The notes beneath the pieces are model-generated. The model was not told the DNA's origin, ran no database searches, and saw only the letters and a program-made list of their open reading frames with translations. DNA of 64,000 bases, from the NCBI GenBank assembly GCA_030770535.1, contig JASVEC010000024.1:620001-684000 (forward strand), given 5' to 3'. This document shows, piece by piece, positions 14,075-27,079 of the stretch. The stretch comes from Batkoa obscura. Its lineage: Eukaryota. Positions within the stretch are counted from its first letter, which is position 1; every line of letters begins with the position of its first letter. Position numbers and translations under genes: made by a program.

Positions 14075-14197
14075 TTAAAATTTAAAATAAATAAAAAACT
14101 ACAAAACATCAAAAAATTAGTAATTTAAGCTAACCAATTAGTCATCAATTTATTCACTACAACTTAAAAAATCTTCAAATTTTCATTATTTATTTTT

Positions 14198-15295
14198 ATG
14201 ACTTCCAGTTTACAAACAAATTCATTATTAACACTGCCTGATGAATTGATTATAAAAATTTATTTGTATTCTAATAACAATAATTTATTATTAACAAACC
14301 ATTATTTTTATAACTACTTTAAAGACGAAAGAGTAAGAGCATTACACTTAATTTCAATTTATGGGAAACAAATACTATTTTCAAGCAAAAATATCCATCA
14401 TCCTTGGTTAAGGGATAGTGAAGAAATGTTATTAAAACTTATTAACTTGGACGTTTCTCTCGAAAATGAAGATTATTTTATAATCCAGTATTGCTGCAAA
14501 AAAGGTTATACAACTATCATCACTTATTTATTTTATCAAAACACTACTTACCCTAGCCTCAACATAAACTATAAAAATAGTTTATTTTTCAAACTAGCAA
14601 TTGAAAACAGTCAATTAGCCTTAGCCACTCTATTGATTGAATTAAATATCATCTATCTCCCATATATTAACACTTTATTTATTAATGCTTCATCAAAACA
14701 GTTACTTTTATCAATGGATTATTTACTTTCTTTAGGCGCTGACATCAACCATGAAAATTCAAGAGCATTACGAGAAGCTTCTTATTTCAACAATTTACCC
14801 AGTTTAGAATATTTATTAACTAAAGGCATCAATGTACACGCCTTTAACGAGTCCAGTCTACTCTCTGCATGTCATAAAGGGTATTATAAAGTAGTTAAAT
14901 TATTAATTCAATATGGCTCTGATATTAATTTTAACTATGGTTCTTCATTACGCTTTTCTGCTTCCAGCGGACATTTTAAAATTGTAGAATTGTTAATTAA
15001 AAACAATATTAATTTAAATTCTCAATATTGTGGTATTAAAGCGCTAAGAGATAGTGCTAAAAATGGTCATTTAAATATTGTTCGTTTACTGTTAGAGAAT
15101 AAAGTGCCAATTAATGGTCTCAAAGATGCACCACTATTATGTGCTATTATTGCGGGACATTATGATGTGACGTTAACATTGTTAGAACATGGTGCAAATG
15201 TGAACTCGATTAATAGTAATTTGTTGACAGCGACATTTAGAAATCAAAGAAAAGATATTATGGGCTTATTGAAAAGGTTCGGATATCAGTGTTGA
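14198..15295 (+). CDS. Ankyrin-repeat protein with F-box-like N-terminus
   Basis: LLTLPDELIIKIYLY; repeated A..GH..IV.LL...GA.IN ankyrin units; intronless. Confidence 0.85.
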   Translation: MTSSLQTNSLLTLPDELIIKIYLYSNNNNLLLTNHYFYNYFKDERVRALHLISIYGKQILFSSKNIHHPWLRDSEEMLLKLINLDVSLENEDYFIIQYCCKKGYTTIITYLFYQNTTYPSLNINYKNSLFFKLAIENSQLALATLLIELNIIYLPYINTLFINASSKQLLLSMDYLLSLGADINHENSRALREASYFNNLPSLEYLLTKGINVHAFNESSLLSACHKGYYKVVKLLIQYGSDINFNYGSSLRFSASSGHFKIVELLIKNNINLNSQYCGIKALRDSAKNGHLNIVRLLLENKVPINGLKDAPLLCAIIAGHYDVTLTLLEHGANVNSINSNLLTATFRNQRKDIMGLLKRFGYQC

Positions 15296-15522
15296 GGTCT
15301 ATTGTATCATGTGTATTATTTATTATAAAACTTATTTATTACTCTGTCTTGTAACTATTAACATTATTTTAAATAAAAAATCAAAATTAAATAGTAATTT
15401 GATATAAATAATTACTTAGATTATAACCCTATTATTATCTTTTAATTTGAAACATTTAATTTTAACTACAAATCCCATCTCATTTAGTTGCATTGTTTGT
15501 TATAATAGATTTTACAATATCT

Positions 15523-15619
15523 GGGGATGTTTTTTTGACTTTATTATTTTTTCCATTTTCTAAGTACTATTTGAGTGGAAAGATTATTGGTAAATTTTTA
15601 AACAAAAAAATATATCCCC
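15523..15619 (+). mobile_element. MITE copy
   Basis: ggggatgttttt...atatcccc. Confidence 0.8.
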
Positions 15620-15688
15620 ATCTGTTAAAGATTTTGAGGTAACTACGAATTATTTAATATTAAAATTAATATTTTATTAGTAAAATTA

Positions 15689-15906
15689 GAAAGATGTTCT
15701 TTTTGTTTAAGAAATTTATTACCATTTTCCACTTAGTGCCAGTTAAAAATAGAAAGAGTAGTGAAATCAAAAAACACCTCCTCCATTTTGAAATTATAAA
15801 AACTAAATTGAAACGTATTTTTTGTCTAAAGATTTTACTAACAACCTTTCCACTCAAATAGCGCTCAAAAATGGAGAAAGTAATAAAATCAAAAAAAAAC
15901 AACCCC
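15689..15906 (-). mobile_element. Two adjacent MITE copies (~15689-15781 and ~15810-15906)
   Basis: Both match the reverse complement of the consensus (ccactcaaatagcgct core in the second). Confidence 0.7.
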
Positions 15907-16829
15907 AAATTTTATTTTAGGTTTCTTACCTCAGTAAAATTTGTATGTTATAGTATTCTATATAAACAGGCAATAAGTATTTACTGGAGCTGGATTTCAA
16001 GTTGTTTCAAAAAAAACTCTCTCACAGCCAATGATTAAGTCAAATTTAACCAATTAAAAAGGAGATTTGAGCAAATTATGCAACTTCAAATATTATTTTA
16101 AAAAATATATATAAACCAAAAAGAATGTAAATTACATCTAAAGGTTATATCCAAGAAGCTTGTAAATTTGTTCTAAAGTTAAGTGATTCATTTTAACGCT
16201 AATGCGCTATAAGGCTACTTACTAATCCTAATCCGATTGGTAGCGACTCAGATGTATTTATCAATTAGTGGAAAATAGGGACTAGTGGACATTTATTGTT
16301 TAAACAAATTAATAAAGCTCTAAAAAATAAAACTACATCTTTAAATAAAAACATTATTAGTCTTATAAAACTCTTATACTCGGCCTTTTGACAATCTATA
16401 TAACAAATACAACTCCCTGCTCTTTCAAACAGTCCAAGGAAACTTGATTTCTATTGGGTATAGATGTAAGTCAATTCTATAGTTGCAAAATGTGCAAGGT
16501 GATCATATTCTGAGCTGACCTTAGTATTGACTTAGCTATTGACCTTCAGCTTTTTTAACCTCCTTATCACTCTGTCAACCAAGGAAAAATTAACGAGGAC
16601 TTTTGTTAACACTGAATATAACTACTATATTCTTAAACTGATTTGATAAATGAAAGAGCTCAGGAAAGATCCAACATGTAATTTGGTATGGTCCCATTAT
16701 TATAATATGAACCAGACTAACACTGTATCTAAATTTTCAATACTATGTACTTTATAATTTAATTTTTACAAAATATGCAGTTATAATATAGTATTTATAT
16801 TATAATAAACTTTAGAATATAGAGAAACA

Positions 16830-16925
16830 TCCACATGTCTTTTTTAATTTCATTACTCTCCATTTTTCAAGTGTTATCCAATCAGAAAAACTGTTAGTAA
16901 AATTCTTAAACGAAAAATACATCAC
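16830..16925 (+). mobile_element. Degenerate MITE copy
   Basis: ttcattactctccattttt...gttagtaaaattcttaaa...aaaatacatc. Confidence 0.65.
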
Positions 16926-17497
16926 TGTACGGTGTTTTTAAATTATAAAATAGATTAATTCCACTCTATTTTTGCTAGTAGTAGAGGCTGTATTATTCAA
17001 TATAAAGAAACTGTTATTTATAAGTTTATTTTTAAATCATGAAATATTATTCTATGATACTTTATATTTAATTATTAATATTTAATTATCCAGTACTTGA
17101 TTTTGTGTATAGTAACTTAAACTTTAATTGAAAAGCACAAGATTTAGGGTATAAAGTTCAACCGGAAATATAAATACTCAATACTGAAAAGCTATTACAT
17201 TAAGATAAATATATATCCATGTGGTTAAAAATATACCCTATTTCATTTTATCCGTATCATTTATTTATGGCGATAACAAGATTTAAGCTTTTTATAGCAT
17301 GAGGATTATTTCTACTCGTACTTTATATTCTTTCAAATAATTTTGATTTTTTATTAATAGAATTGAGGTACAAGTTTAATTATAATATAAATACATTTAA
17401 GATACATTTAAACTAAAAGTTCGTGCGATAAAAAATGAAAACTACCTATGAATTTATCTTTATTAAAATGTATTTTAAAAAATTACAAACAACTTTA

Positions 17498-19173
17498 TCA
17501 ATCCATAAACTTTGGTGCCTTTCTGGCTTTGGTTAAATCCTCCACAAGCTTACCTAAAGCTAAAAGAGCGACTTCATTTGCTGGTCTGGAAATAAATGCA
17601 ACCCCAAAAGGCTCACCATCTGGATAAAAATCTAAAGGCATAGTTATAATTGGATAACCTGCAATAGCAGCACTGGTAAAAAACATAGCATCTGGCTCAG
17701 CTGGTCCCATAAGTATATCACAATCACATTTTTCCATTAAAGCCTCAATTGCTTCAGTAGCTCCTAACTTATTCTCTTCATAACATTTAATATATTCTTC
17801 ACTCGTCATACCTTCTGTGTTATTTGAATTAATCAGATGTGATTGACCATATTCTGAAAGCTCCAACTCATGATGTTCTTCATTAAAGGATATAATTTTA
17901 TCTAAAGAATCAATCTTTTCATCTTTTAGATAAGTTACCTCATTCTTTAAATACTGATTAAGATAATGTTTAAATTCATATTCAAACACCTTATTTTCTA
18001 ATAATTTTGAGCTGTTGTTTCTTGTATTAATAGAAATAACTCACGTTTATATAAACTAAAAAGATGAATATCCATCTCTGCATTTGGGATTAAAATAACA
18101 TTACTCATTTGAGTTAACTTTTGGATTAAGTCATGGAACGAAGAAACACTATTTTTAACCTTGGCTTCAAGTTCAAAGTAAGGTTTTTGTACAAAAGCGA
18201 TTTTAAATTGCTAGAAATAAGTAGCTGTTAAAATAAATTAGACTTAAACTTACGAATTGATTCTGGTTATATAAACTTAGGGAAACTATTTCATTCGAGC
18301 ATATACTGGTCTTTTCATCCTTTGGATCAGTTTGATTATAAAACACACTTAATACTCTGAAATTATCTTCCACATTCCTAGAAATAACACCCACCTGATC
18401 ATTAAATTTAGTTATTTCAAAACAAAACAACTTACTGAATCTTGGTTATGACTTAATGGTATAACCCCGGCTCTAGAGGTAAGGCCTACAGTAGGTTTTA
18501 ACCCAACTAAAGAGCAAGTTGAAGAAGGAGCAGTAATCGACCCGTCAGTTTCTGTTCCTAAAGAAACTACAGCCAAGTTAGCGGCAACAGAGGCAGCGGA
18601 TCCAGAACTTGACCCTGATGCATGTTTACTTAGAACATAAGGATTACATGTCTGCCCGCCCCTTGCACTCCAACCCAATGGATCGATTTCGTCTCGAAAA
18701 CTAGATATTAAAAAGAAAAAACTTATTTGATATTATTACCCTGCAAACTCAGTCATATTTACTTTGCCTAAAATGATAGCGTTTTCTGCTCTTATTAGCT
18801 TGATCACTGTTGCATCTTCCTTTGGTTTAACGTCATATAAAGCCATCGAGCCACAAGTTGTTTGCATAGTATCATAGGTAGCTATGTTGTCTTTAGCTAA
18901 GATTGGAATCCCAAACAAACTCCCTACCAATCCTTTCTCATTGAACAATTGATCGAGCTCTTCAGCTTTTTTTATAGCTTCTTTATTGACTTCAATCACA
19001 GTGTTAAGGTATGGATTTAGCTTTTCAATACGTTTTAGATAATATTCAACCAATTCTTTACAAGTAAACTTTTTAGCTTTATAATACCCATGAATATTCT
19101 CTATGCTCGTTTCACGTATATCTATTCCATTTAATTGGCTTAACTCTAAATCGATATCTGATATTGAATCCAT
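17498..19173 (-). CDS. Amidase signature family enzyme, 5 exons
   Basis: GIPILAKDN (catalytic Lys), SGSSSGS, GTETDGSI, GLKPTVG; in-frame splicing checked at four short introns. Confidence 0.93.
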
Positions 19174-19996
19174 CTTTGACTTAAAAAATATATTTTAATC
19201 TTTAAAATTTTGCATAATTTATATTCTACGTCACTCCTAAAAATGACTTCATGAAGATCTAATGGTGTCAAATTAAAATCAAAATACTTTTAAGCTAACT
19301 CTTTAATTCGATATTATTTTATATTATACACTTAATAACGTAGGTAAAATAAGCGGAATCTAAAATTTTCAAAATAATATATTTTAAATATACAAAAATA
19401 ATACAAATACAATTTAAGCAGCATGAAATAATAAACTCAAGCAACTATTTTAATTTTATGACAACTCTTAATTTTAATATATAAACAAGTAATACTGAAA
19501 CTAGCACTACAAGTTAATTAATGTAAAAAAAATCTTGATATGAATTTTGACACTCTAAAATACAAATGTATCATCATTTCAATAGACAAAAGAATAGCTT
19601 ATACCAAATACAAAATATAAAAAAGAAGTATTATCTAATTATTAGTAAATAAAAATATAGTAAAAACCAGGCTTTTGTTTAATATTCAGCCAAAGAAAAT
19701 TTATGACTTCATCCTTACTCTTTTTCTCACAGTCATTGTGTTCAATTTTTTTCCACAAATGGGATCGATCATTTGGAATTATGAAACACTTGAACTATAG
19801 TTATTACGAAAACTGGAAGGCCAAACATTTTAAAATTAAATAGTGAAACTTTACTAAAATTGGACACATCTACTAACTTACCTTTATTTACATCACAATT
19901 GGTCATTATCATTTGTATTCAAAACCAAGCAATGATTCATTATAAAAAGAGTTGAGAGTAGGTTTTTTTTATTACGTTTTTGCTTTCTACTTTATT

Positions 19997-20857
19997 ATGG
20001 CTAACTATAACTTAAATTATAACTCCCCAGGCTACAAATCTTTAAAAGGTTTCCTTATTGGTTTGAATATCCTATCTTCGGTAAATTATTATTTAATTGA
20101 TTTTGTTACATCGTATTAATATGAATAAAGCTCTGTGGCTTAGGCTTAATTGGACTCGGAGTCTATGGATTGATGGCAAAAGGTTTTTCTCACTATAGTA
20201 TGGCAATCCCAGGGGGTACCTTAGGTGCAGGGATTGTTTTATTCTTTATCTCCTTTTTGGGTGCATTTGCAGCTTTTATGGAAAACAAGAAACTTTTACA
20301 TTCGGTAAGGATACTTATATTAGATTTTAAGTCATATTAACTTGTTTTAGTATTTTGCAGGTTTGCTTGCTTTGGTCCTTTTCCAAGCTGGTACTTTCCT
20401 ATACACTTTCTTTACTGGTCTCTCAGCTAATGATATTCTTGAGGCTGCTTGGGATAAAGCTTATAAAGAGAGTCCAAGAATTCTCAAGGCTGTTGAACAA
20501 GAGGTAATTTATAACAAGCTCCTATTTAACGTAAATTAACAACTTTAGTTTGAATGCTGTGGTTTCAAGACCATTTTGGATCGTGCTGTTCCAAAGAGTA
20601 GCCCAGTTACTTGCTCCACTAGTCCATTATACGGATATAAAACCTCATGTTATGCAGTATTAATGGATAACTACAGAGAAGCTTCTGTTTTAATTACTAC
20701 CATATCTGTTATCATAATTATCATACAAGCTACTACTTTAGCAGTTACTTGGATTATGGCAGAAAAAACCCCAACTGAAGCTGAAAGAAGAGTCGCTTTA
20801 TTAGATGAGCATTCTCGTTTAGTAGCCGATGGTCAATCTCATGGTTATGGATCTTAA
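19997..20857 (+). CDS. Tetraspanin, 4 exons
   Basis: Four hydrophobic segments, FLGAFAAFMENK, ECCGF motif and further Cys in the large loop. Confidence 0.85.
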
Positions 20858-21257
20858 ACTTACTTGTGAATTACTATTTCGATACTCAATTAAATAAATT
20901 ATTAAAATAGGCAATAGCTAATAGATGACTAAAGCTTTAGACATTTTGAAATGTTTTCTATTTAACTATAACAGGATAGCTTTTGATTTTACACAGTAGT
21001 ATCAATTTATAAGTTTTAAGTCATCACAAGTATTCATTAAACTTATAAAATAGCTATTAAGATAATTTACTAGATAGAAAATTAACAAAACGGAAATTTA
21101 TACAATTTGACTTATGTTGTAAACCAATACATGTATCTAAAATTAATCAAATCATACCTTGCATGGTGATAATTATAAAATTCATAATTCTACAATTATC
21201 ACTAATGACACCTAAACCTGAAATTATACATCTACTATAAGAAATAGTAATAGATTT

Positions 21258-21354
21258 GAGAGTGTCTTTTTTGACTTCTATTTTTTCCATTTTTTAAGTG
21301 CTATTTAAACGGAAAATTTGTTAGTAAAATTTTTAAATACAAAAATATATCCTC
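21258..21354 (+). mobile_element. MITE copy
   Basis: Consensus core taagtgctatttaaacggaaaa...ttagtaaaatt. Confidence 0.75.
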
Positions 21355-22667
21355 ATTTATTTAACTAAATATGACTACAGAATATTAAAAGAACTTGGTA
21401 GATAGAATTATAATTACTTTTGAACATCAAATATGTTTTATTTCTATAACTTTATGTCATTTTATAGATTATTTCAATGATAATACAACTCGGAAATATA
21501 ATCTAAATGTATTTAATATTGAAGCTTGTTTTTATTTTGTTTGACAGTTATAATTTCAAAACCTTGAAACTGGAATTTCCTAGGCAAAACAAACCATCAC
21601 AAAAATTTAATAAGTTCAAAAATGGCTATAAAAAACTTCAGAGGCTTTCTAGCATCTCACACATCTCCCATCTATTCTTTATACTATACTTGGCGTTATT
21701 ATAAAACCGATATTCGCTTAATATACAGCATATTGTTTAAATAAAGGCAAGTAGTATAACGTATATTTAAACATAAATAAATAAAAATTTTCTAATCAAT
21801 TCGAACAATAATTTGATAAAAAATGCCTACCTAGTTTTTCCGAGATATTTTTCCTAATCTGTCAGATCAGCCAACTTTGCTAAGCCTGTACTAATCGGAT
21901 TAAAGCGCTTAGTAAAAGAACTTAATCTTAGCTAATAATTAAAGAATAATTTTTATTGTAATCAAATTTTCATATTACCATTAAAGAATTGTAATAAAGA
22001 AAACTAATTTCAAACAATATAGAAATGAGGTAAAGTGTAAGAAATATATATAATTACCCTCAAGCAGAAAATTCGATCGCTACTCATGTTTAGAATATGC
22101 TTTAAAAAATCATATTACTCCAAGTGCCCACTCTAAATAAACTCCTCATTTTAAGCCAACATGAAATAATTACAGTATTTCACTATTCTATTTCAATGCA
22201 ACTTTGCGTTTAATTAAATAACCATATTCCTTATTTGCTTCATTAGTAAAGTAATACCAATAAGAGTTGCCCAATTTGAAATTTAAGCTATTTATTATGA
22301 GATTGGGCTTTAAAATTTAATAAACTAATCAAAAAAAAGAATTCTTCTCAATGATCACATTAACAGCCTTAAATTGAAAGGTTACTAAATAAAATTCTGT
22401 TAAGAATTTTTTTGAAAGTTAAATTGCTTTCAACCCAAAAAAGAATTCTGATAGAACGTTAAATTTCTCATTTTTGAGCCATTTATAAATATATTAGAAG
22501 TTTAATTGGCTGTTTACTAATCTCCATAAAATGTGGATTCGTTCAACATTCTTTAAAATCTAAATTAAAATTGACCCAAATTTGGTGAAAACCTAATTTA
22601 TCATTAGTATAAAGATAAAGAGAAAGGATGTAATAACAAAATAAATATTGATTTTCTTTTGTACGAA

Positions 22668-23513
22668 ATGCCCAAAGCTACTTCACAATCCAAAAGCTCA
22701 CCTTCTGGCACTGATAAAAGGTTTACTCCTATGCTTAAAGACCCCAAACCAGCTGCTAAACCATTTATAAACTTTATCCAAAAACTTTATAATATGGTGA
22801 ATGATCCGGAGATATCTGCTATCTGCTGGAACGAGGATGGTACTGGTGTTAAAATATTAGATACATCCTACTTATGTTCTAATATTTTTCCTATTTATTT
22901 TAAACATGATTGTTGGGCTAGTTTTACTAGACAGCTTAATTTATATGGTTTCGTTCGTTACAGCCATGGTACCCCTGGCGAACAACATTTAATGTATAAA
23001 CATTCAAATTTCCTAAGAGAGAGACCTGATAAACTTAAATCTATTCAACGTCGTATTATTAATAGTAATAATATTCATGTTGAAAATCCAATTAGAAGTA
23101 AGCCTGAATATGGGATTGATACGAATCAAATAGCATCTCTACAAAGCCATATCTCTGAGTTAGATAATAAATGTCGCCATCTTAAGACCGATATTGGCTA
23201 TCTTCAAAATGATAACAGGAATTTAAACCAAATCATTGCACATAATCAAAGTACCTTAAGGTATGTAATGGACATTTTATCAAGGTCTGTTCAAACCACT
23301 AATAATCCAAATAATGAATTAAATGTTGCTTTACATGCCTTACAATCCACTTTTAAATACAACAACGGATTAAAAGACGGACAAGTATGTAATGGATCAA
23401 ATTCACCGGATAATCTCAGTTCACCAGCAATTGAAACTTTAAATCCTATAGGATCTACTACATCTAAATCCACAAACACTGTTCAACTTCCTTCCATTAA
23501 GTTTCTTTTGTAA
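22668..23513 (+). CDS. HSF-type DNA-binding transcription factor
   Basis: FIQKLYNMV, YFKHDCWASFTRQLNLYGF, heptad region after the DBD; first ATG at 22668. Confidence 0.9.
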   Translation: MPKATSQSKSSPSGTDKRFTPMLKDPKPAAKPFINFIQKLYNMVNDPEISAICWNEDGTGVKILDTSYLCSNIFPIYFKHDCWASFTRQLNLYGFVRYSHGTPGEQHLMYKHSNFLRERPDKLKSIQRRIINSNNIHVENPIRSKPEYGIDTNQIASLQSHISELDNKCRHLKTDIGYLQNDNRNLNQIIAHNQSTLRYVMDILSRSVQTTNNPNNELNVALHALQSTFKYNNGLKDGQVCNGSNSPDNLSSPAIETLNPIGSTTSKSTNTVQLPSIKFLL

Positions 23514-24140
23514 ATTATTAATTTAAAATTTCATGTTAAATAAAAATTCGTTTAATTAATATATTAGCTTTTCATTTAATTTGGTGTAAATTTAAATATT
23601 AAATACTATAAATAGTAAAAAATAATGACCTTTACAAAATAATCTTGTCTTATTGAATACAACATATATCAGATATTATAAGAAATAAATGTTACACTAT
23701 AGTATATTAACTTTGGTACTAATTAATATCCTATCAGAGTTTTGTAGAAATAAAAAAATCCTAGTATCTCAATATTAATCCCTTGTAACATTAAATATAC
23801 TATCATTAGTTAGCTTCATTCTTTCATTTACACCTTAAATCCCAGATAAAAAGGCACAGCATGATCAAGCTTCAAACACACTATTAATTTATATTTACAG
23901 TTAAATTAATATCCTACCAAATTTAGTAGATATATGGTTCTTTTAATAGAAGTTAGAATGTTTTTGAGAATCTTGGAGCAAAGGTAAGAAAGAATTGGAA
24001 TCCTTTCATTCTTTTTTGGTTGGAATTAAAATTTAGAAAAAGTTAAAATAGTGACTTTGAGATGCTTTTTTGGGCTATTTATAATTGTTAATTCATAAGA
24101 AGTAAAAAATTAAATTATTCACTCCTATTCAAAATAACAT

Positions 24141-24240
24141 GGAGATGTTTTTTTTGGTTTCACTACTTTTTCCATTTTTTCAAGCTCTATTTGAGCGGAA
24201 AAATTGTTAGTAAAATTTTTAAATACAAAAATACATCGCC
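24141..24240 (+). mobile_element. MITE copy
   Basis: ggagatgttttt...aaaatacatcgcc. Confidence 0.8.
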
Positions 24241-24842
24241 ATAAAATAAAATAAAAAAATAAATACTTTTCAATTTTTAAGATTTAAGAATATCTTGATA
24301 TCTTATAAACTATAACTTTAAGAATTTTTTTTAATAAATACAAACAGCATATTAGATTTACTTATAAACAGTATTTGAAAATCAAAAGCAACTTGAAATA
24401 ATTTATATTATATGTATGCATAATTTTTTTCAAATTAAAAACAAAACGGGAAGGTCATTTTCTCACTATTTGTCCGTTTTTTATGGGATATAAAATTTAA
24501 GAAAAATATAATAGTTAAATGGTGAACAGAAAAACATTGCGCATAAAATAATATTATATTGTTATATAATTTCAAAGTAACGTATATTAAAAATCACAAT
24601 TCCTTTTGATCATAATAATATATAGTTACTTCAATAAGCTTGATTATTTAAATATGTGATAAACTTAAACAATTGGAGTAACTAATTTAAAGTGCTATTC
24701 AATGGATTAAATTTACTAAGAATGCTTGATGCTTTATAGCCCAATTAAATCATCAGAATGAAATGGATAAAATTGAAAGATTTAGTGTCATTTATATGAA
24801 AAATTTCAGTTTTTTTATTTGACTTCCTTTCTCTTTGCAAAT

Positions 24843-25940
24843 ATGAATGCACCTGATCGTTTCGAATCTTTTATTTTACCAGATGGTGCTAAAAAGTAAT
24901 TGTTTTTTAAAATAATAAAAGACCAGATAAAACGATACATTCATAATTTCAAAGTCTTATTATATTTCTTTTTAAACTGATATCTAATTTTTAGATTGGA
25001 AGCTGTAAAAACAATTTCCGGTGTTAAAAACAGCATGATTTTTCGCATAGAGAGGGAAGACCATACCCTTGGAAATATGATAAGGACGTAAGTGAGATAA
25101 ATAAAACCAAGCATATTCTGCTCTTAAATAGTTAAAGGATATTAACCATTGTTTAAAGTGAACTCCACAAAAATCCAAAAGTTATATTTTCTGGTTACAA
25201 AATTCCTCATCCATTACAGCATCACCTAGAAATATATATCCAAACTCAAGATGGTTATAAACCAGCCACTGCACTAAATGAAGCATTAAGCACTTTGATT
25301 TCTGATATAGCCAAAATGAGAAGTAATTTCGATGTAAGTTTTACTAACTTCACTAAAAAACATTTTTTTTAAAATTAATTCAAAGATGGGATTGGCAGAT
25401 GTGCGTAGAAGGAAGAGAGAATATAAAGACAAAGATGCTGAATTAGAATCAAAGATTGGAAAAGAAAAACAGGATCGAGCTATACAACAAAGACAATTAC
25501 TTCGTGAATCAAGGGGATTTAATATGAATCCTGACACTAATATTTTTGACGAAAAGTATAGCTTTTCAAATGGTAAGGATATCAGCCCAATAAGAGGCGA
25601 AGCTTCACATAACAATCGAACATCTGGACCCTTTGGTGGCGTAGGAGGTCAAAGTGACGGAATAGGAGGAAATTATCAAGTAGGCTTTAATGAAGGAAAT
25701 GAGGGTAACGTTACTACAAGACAAGAACAGCCCTATGGTTCAAATTATGACGGTTTGACAGGTCATATACCACCACTTGGTGGAGCCTATAGTTCATCTG
25801 CAGGAATAGGCCAACATTATGGTGAAAATAATCCAGAAGATGAAGCAGCAACCGATGAAGAAGATTCTTATCCAACCGAAAGTTATCAAATTCAAGAACC
25901 TAGTCAGCGTCAAGAAAACTATGAACCTGATGACTTCTAG
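24843..25940 (+). CDS. RPB11: RNA polymerase II subunit Rpb11 with long C-terminal extension (exons 24843-24895, 24995-25087, 25159-25333, 25386-25940; 291 aa)
   Basis: MNAPDRFESF, EDHTLGN, GYKIPHPL; exon lengths keep frame into the 184-aa ORF. Confidence 0.88.
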
Positions 25941-26348
25941 ATTGATAGAAATTATACTGCATTTTATCCATCTTTATTTAGTGATCTTAGGCTTTAATGT
26001 CTTAACTTTTAATAAGCTAACTTTATTTTAAAACTTTTTCAACTTAAATATAGTTTTATGTAAAAATATTTTTTTAATTTATGTATTGTCTTTGGTTTAA
26101 ACGAGTACACTAATTAGTTTAACATTCTATTTGAATGTCAAAAAATTCGACTAACTATTATTCTGGAATAATACAAAATGAAGTAAACGTATTTTATATA
26201 GTAAGAGCAAATAAAACCAAGGATCATTAACGTTTAATATATAAAACAAAGTTACCGAAGTTTTTATAACATAAATGTCACCTCAATTACCTTAAAAGTT
26301 TGCTTTTCTATATTATTATAAGATAAGGAGGGTTGAGGTTCCATGGAC

Positions 26349-27079
26349 TTATCTTTTATTTTTGCTGAACTTGATTACTGTTAATTTTATTTTCTATTTC
26401 AATTAACGCATTTTGAATGGAATCTAAAAATCTCGACCATTCCACAGTATGAACGTTTTCATTTAACAATAATAAATAATCACATCCTATATTAAAATTT
26501 ATCATAACAATAAATACAATATTTTATAAATAACATAAGATTACTTAAAGGAGCATAAAGAGGGAACATGATGGTAGCAGCAGCTCTACCTTTTCTACAA
26601 ATTTGAGAACGTTTGACTTTAAGCTTACCAACTAACTTTTTGAATACGATAAAACTAACCCTATACTTAGTTAAATTTATGTCTATTTTTTTGTCTAAGA
26701 ATTTTAGTTTTATTCGATCATCTAAAAACTCATTAATAATCTACCTTTGGTTTCTATATTTTTATTCCAAGGTATTGCTTTTAATGTAAAATAATCTGTT
26801 TTAACAAGCAGAGAGTTTAATTCTAAATAGATTCTAACCAAATCAGCAGAACATGCTGGGAGGTAATACTTAATTTCAAGCTTTAATAGTGTATATATTA
26901 TATTATAAATAGATCAATACGCTAAACTGAGAGTTCGGACTTCTACTATCTTCTATCTTTTTCCAGTCATATTTCAATGGTACCCTAGCTAACTTTTCCA
27001 CTACTTTATTGTTAATTGTTGACAATGAGCCCTTTTTTGCAATCAAAGTATTAAGTGGATTCATATTTATTCTTTTCAT
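26349..27079 (-). CDS. Hypothetical protein, probably 4 exons
   Basis: ATG at 27079; three GT-AG introns join open segments (…SQFS/LEIKYYLPAC…/…KKIDINL…/…CDYLLLL…KNKR*); no family recognised. Confidence 0.45.

Noticed and set aside
15950..16800. Possible gene or pseudogene in a slightly GC-richer stretch
   Set aside because: Frames I read are interrupted by stops and match no family I recognise
22330..22470. Heat-shock elements upstream of the HSF gene (autoregulation)
   Set aside because: GAA/TTC triplets are present but lack the nGAAnnTTCn spacing; expected by chance in AT-rich DNA
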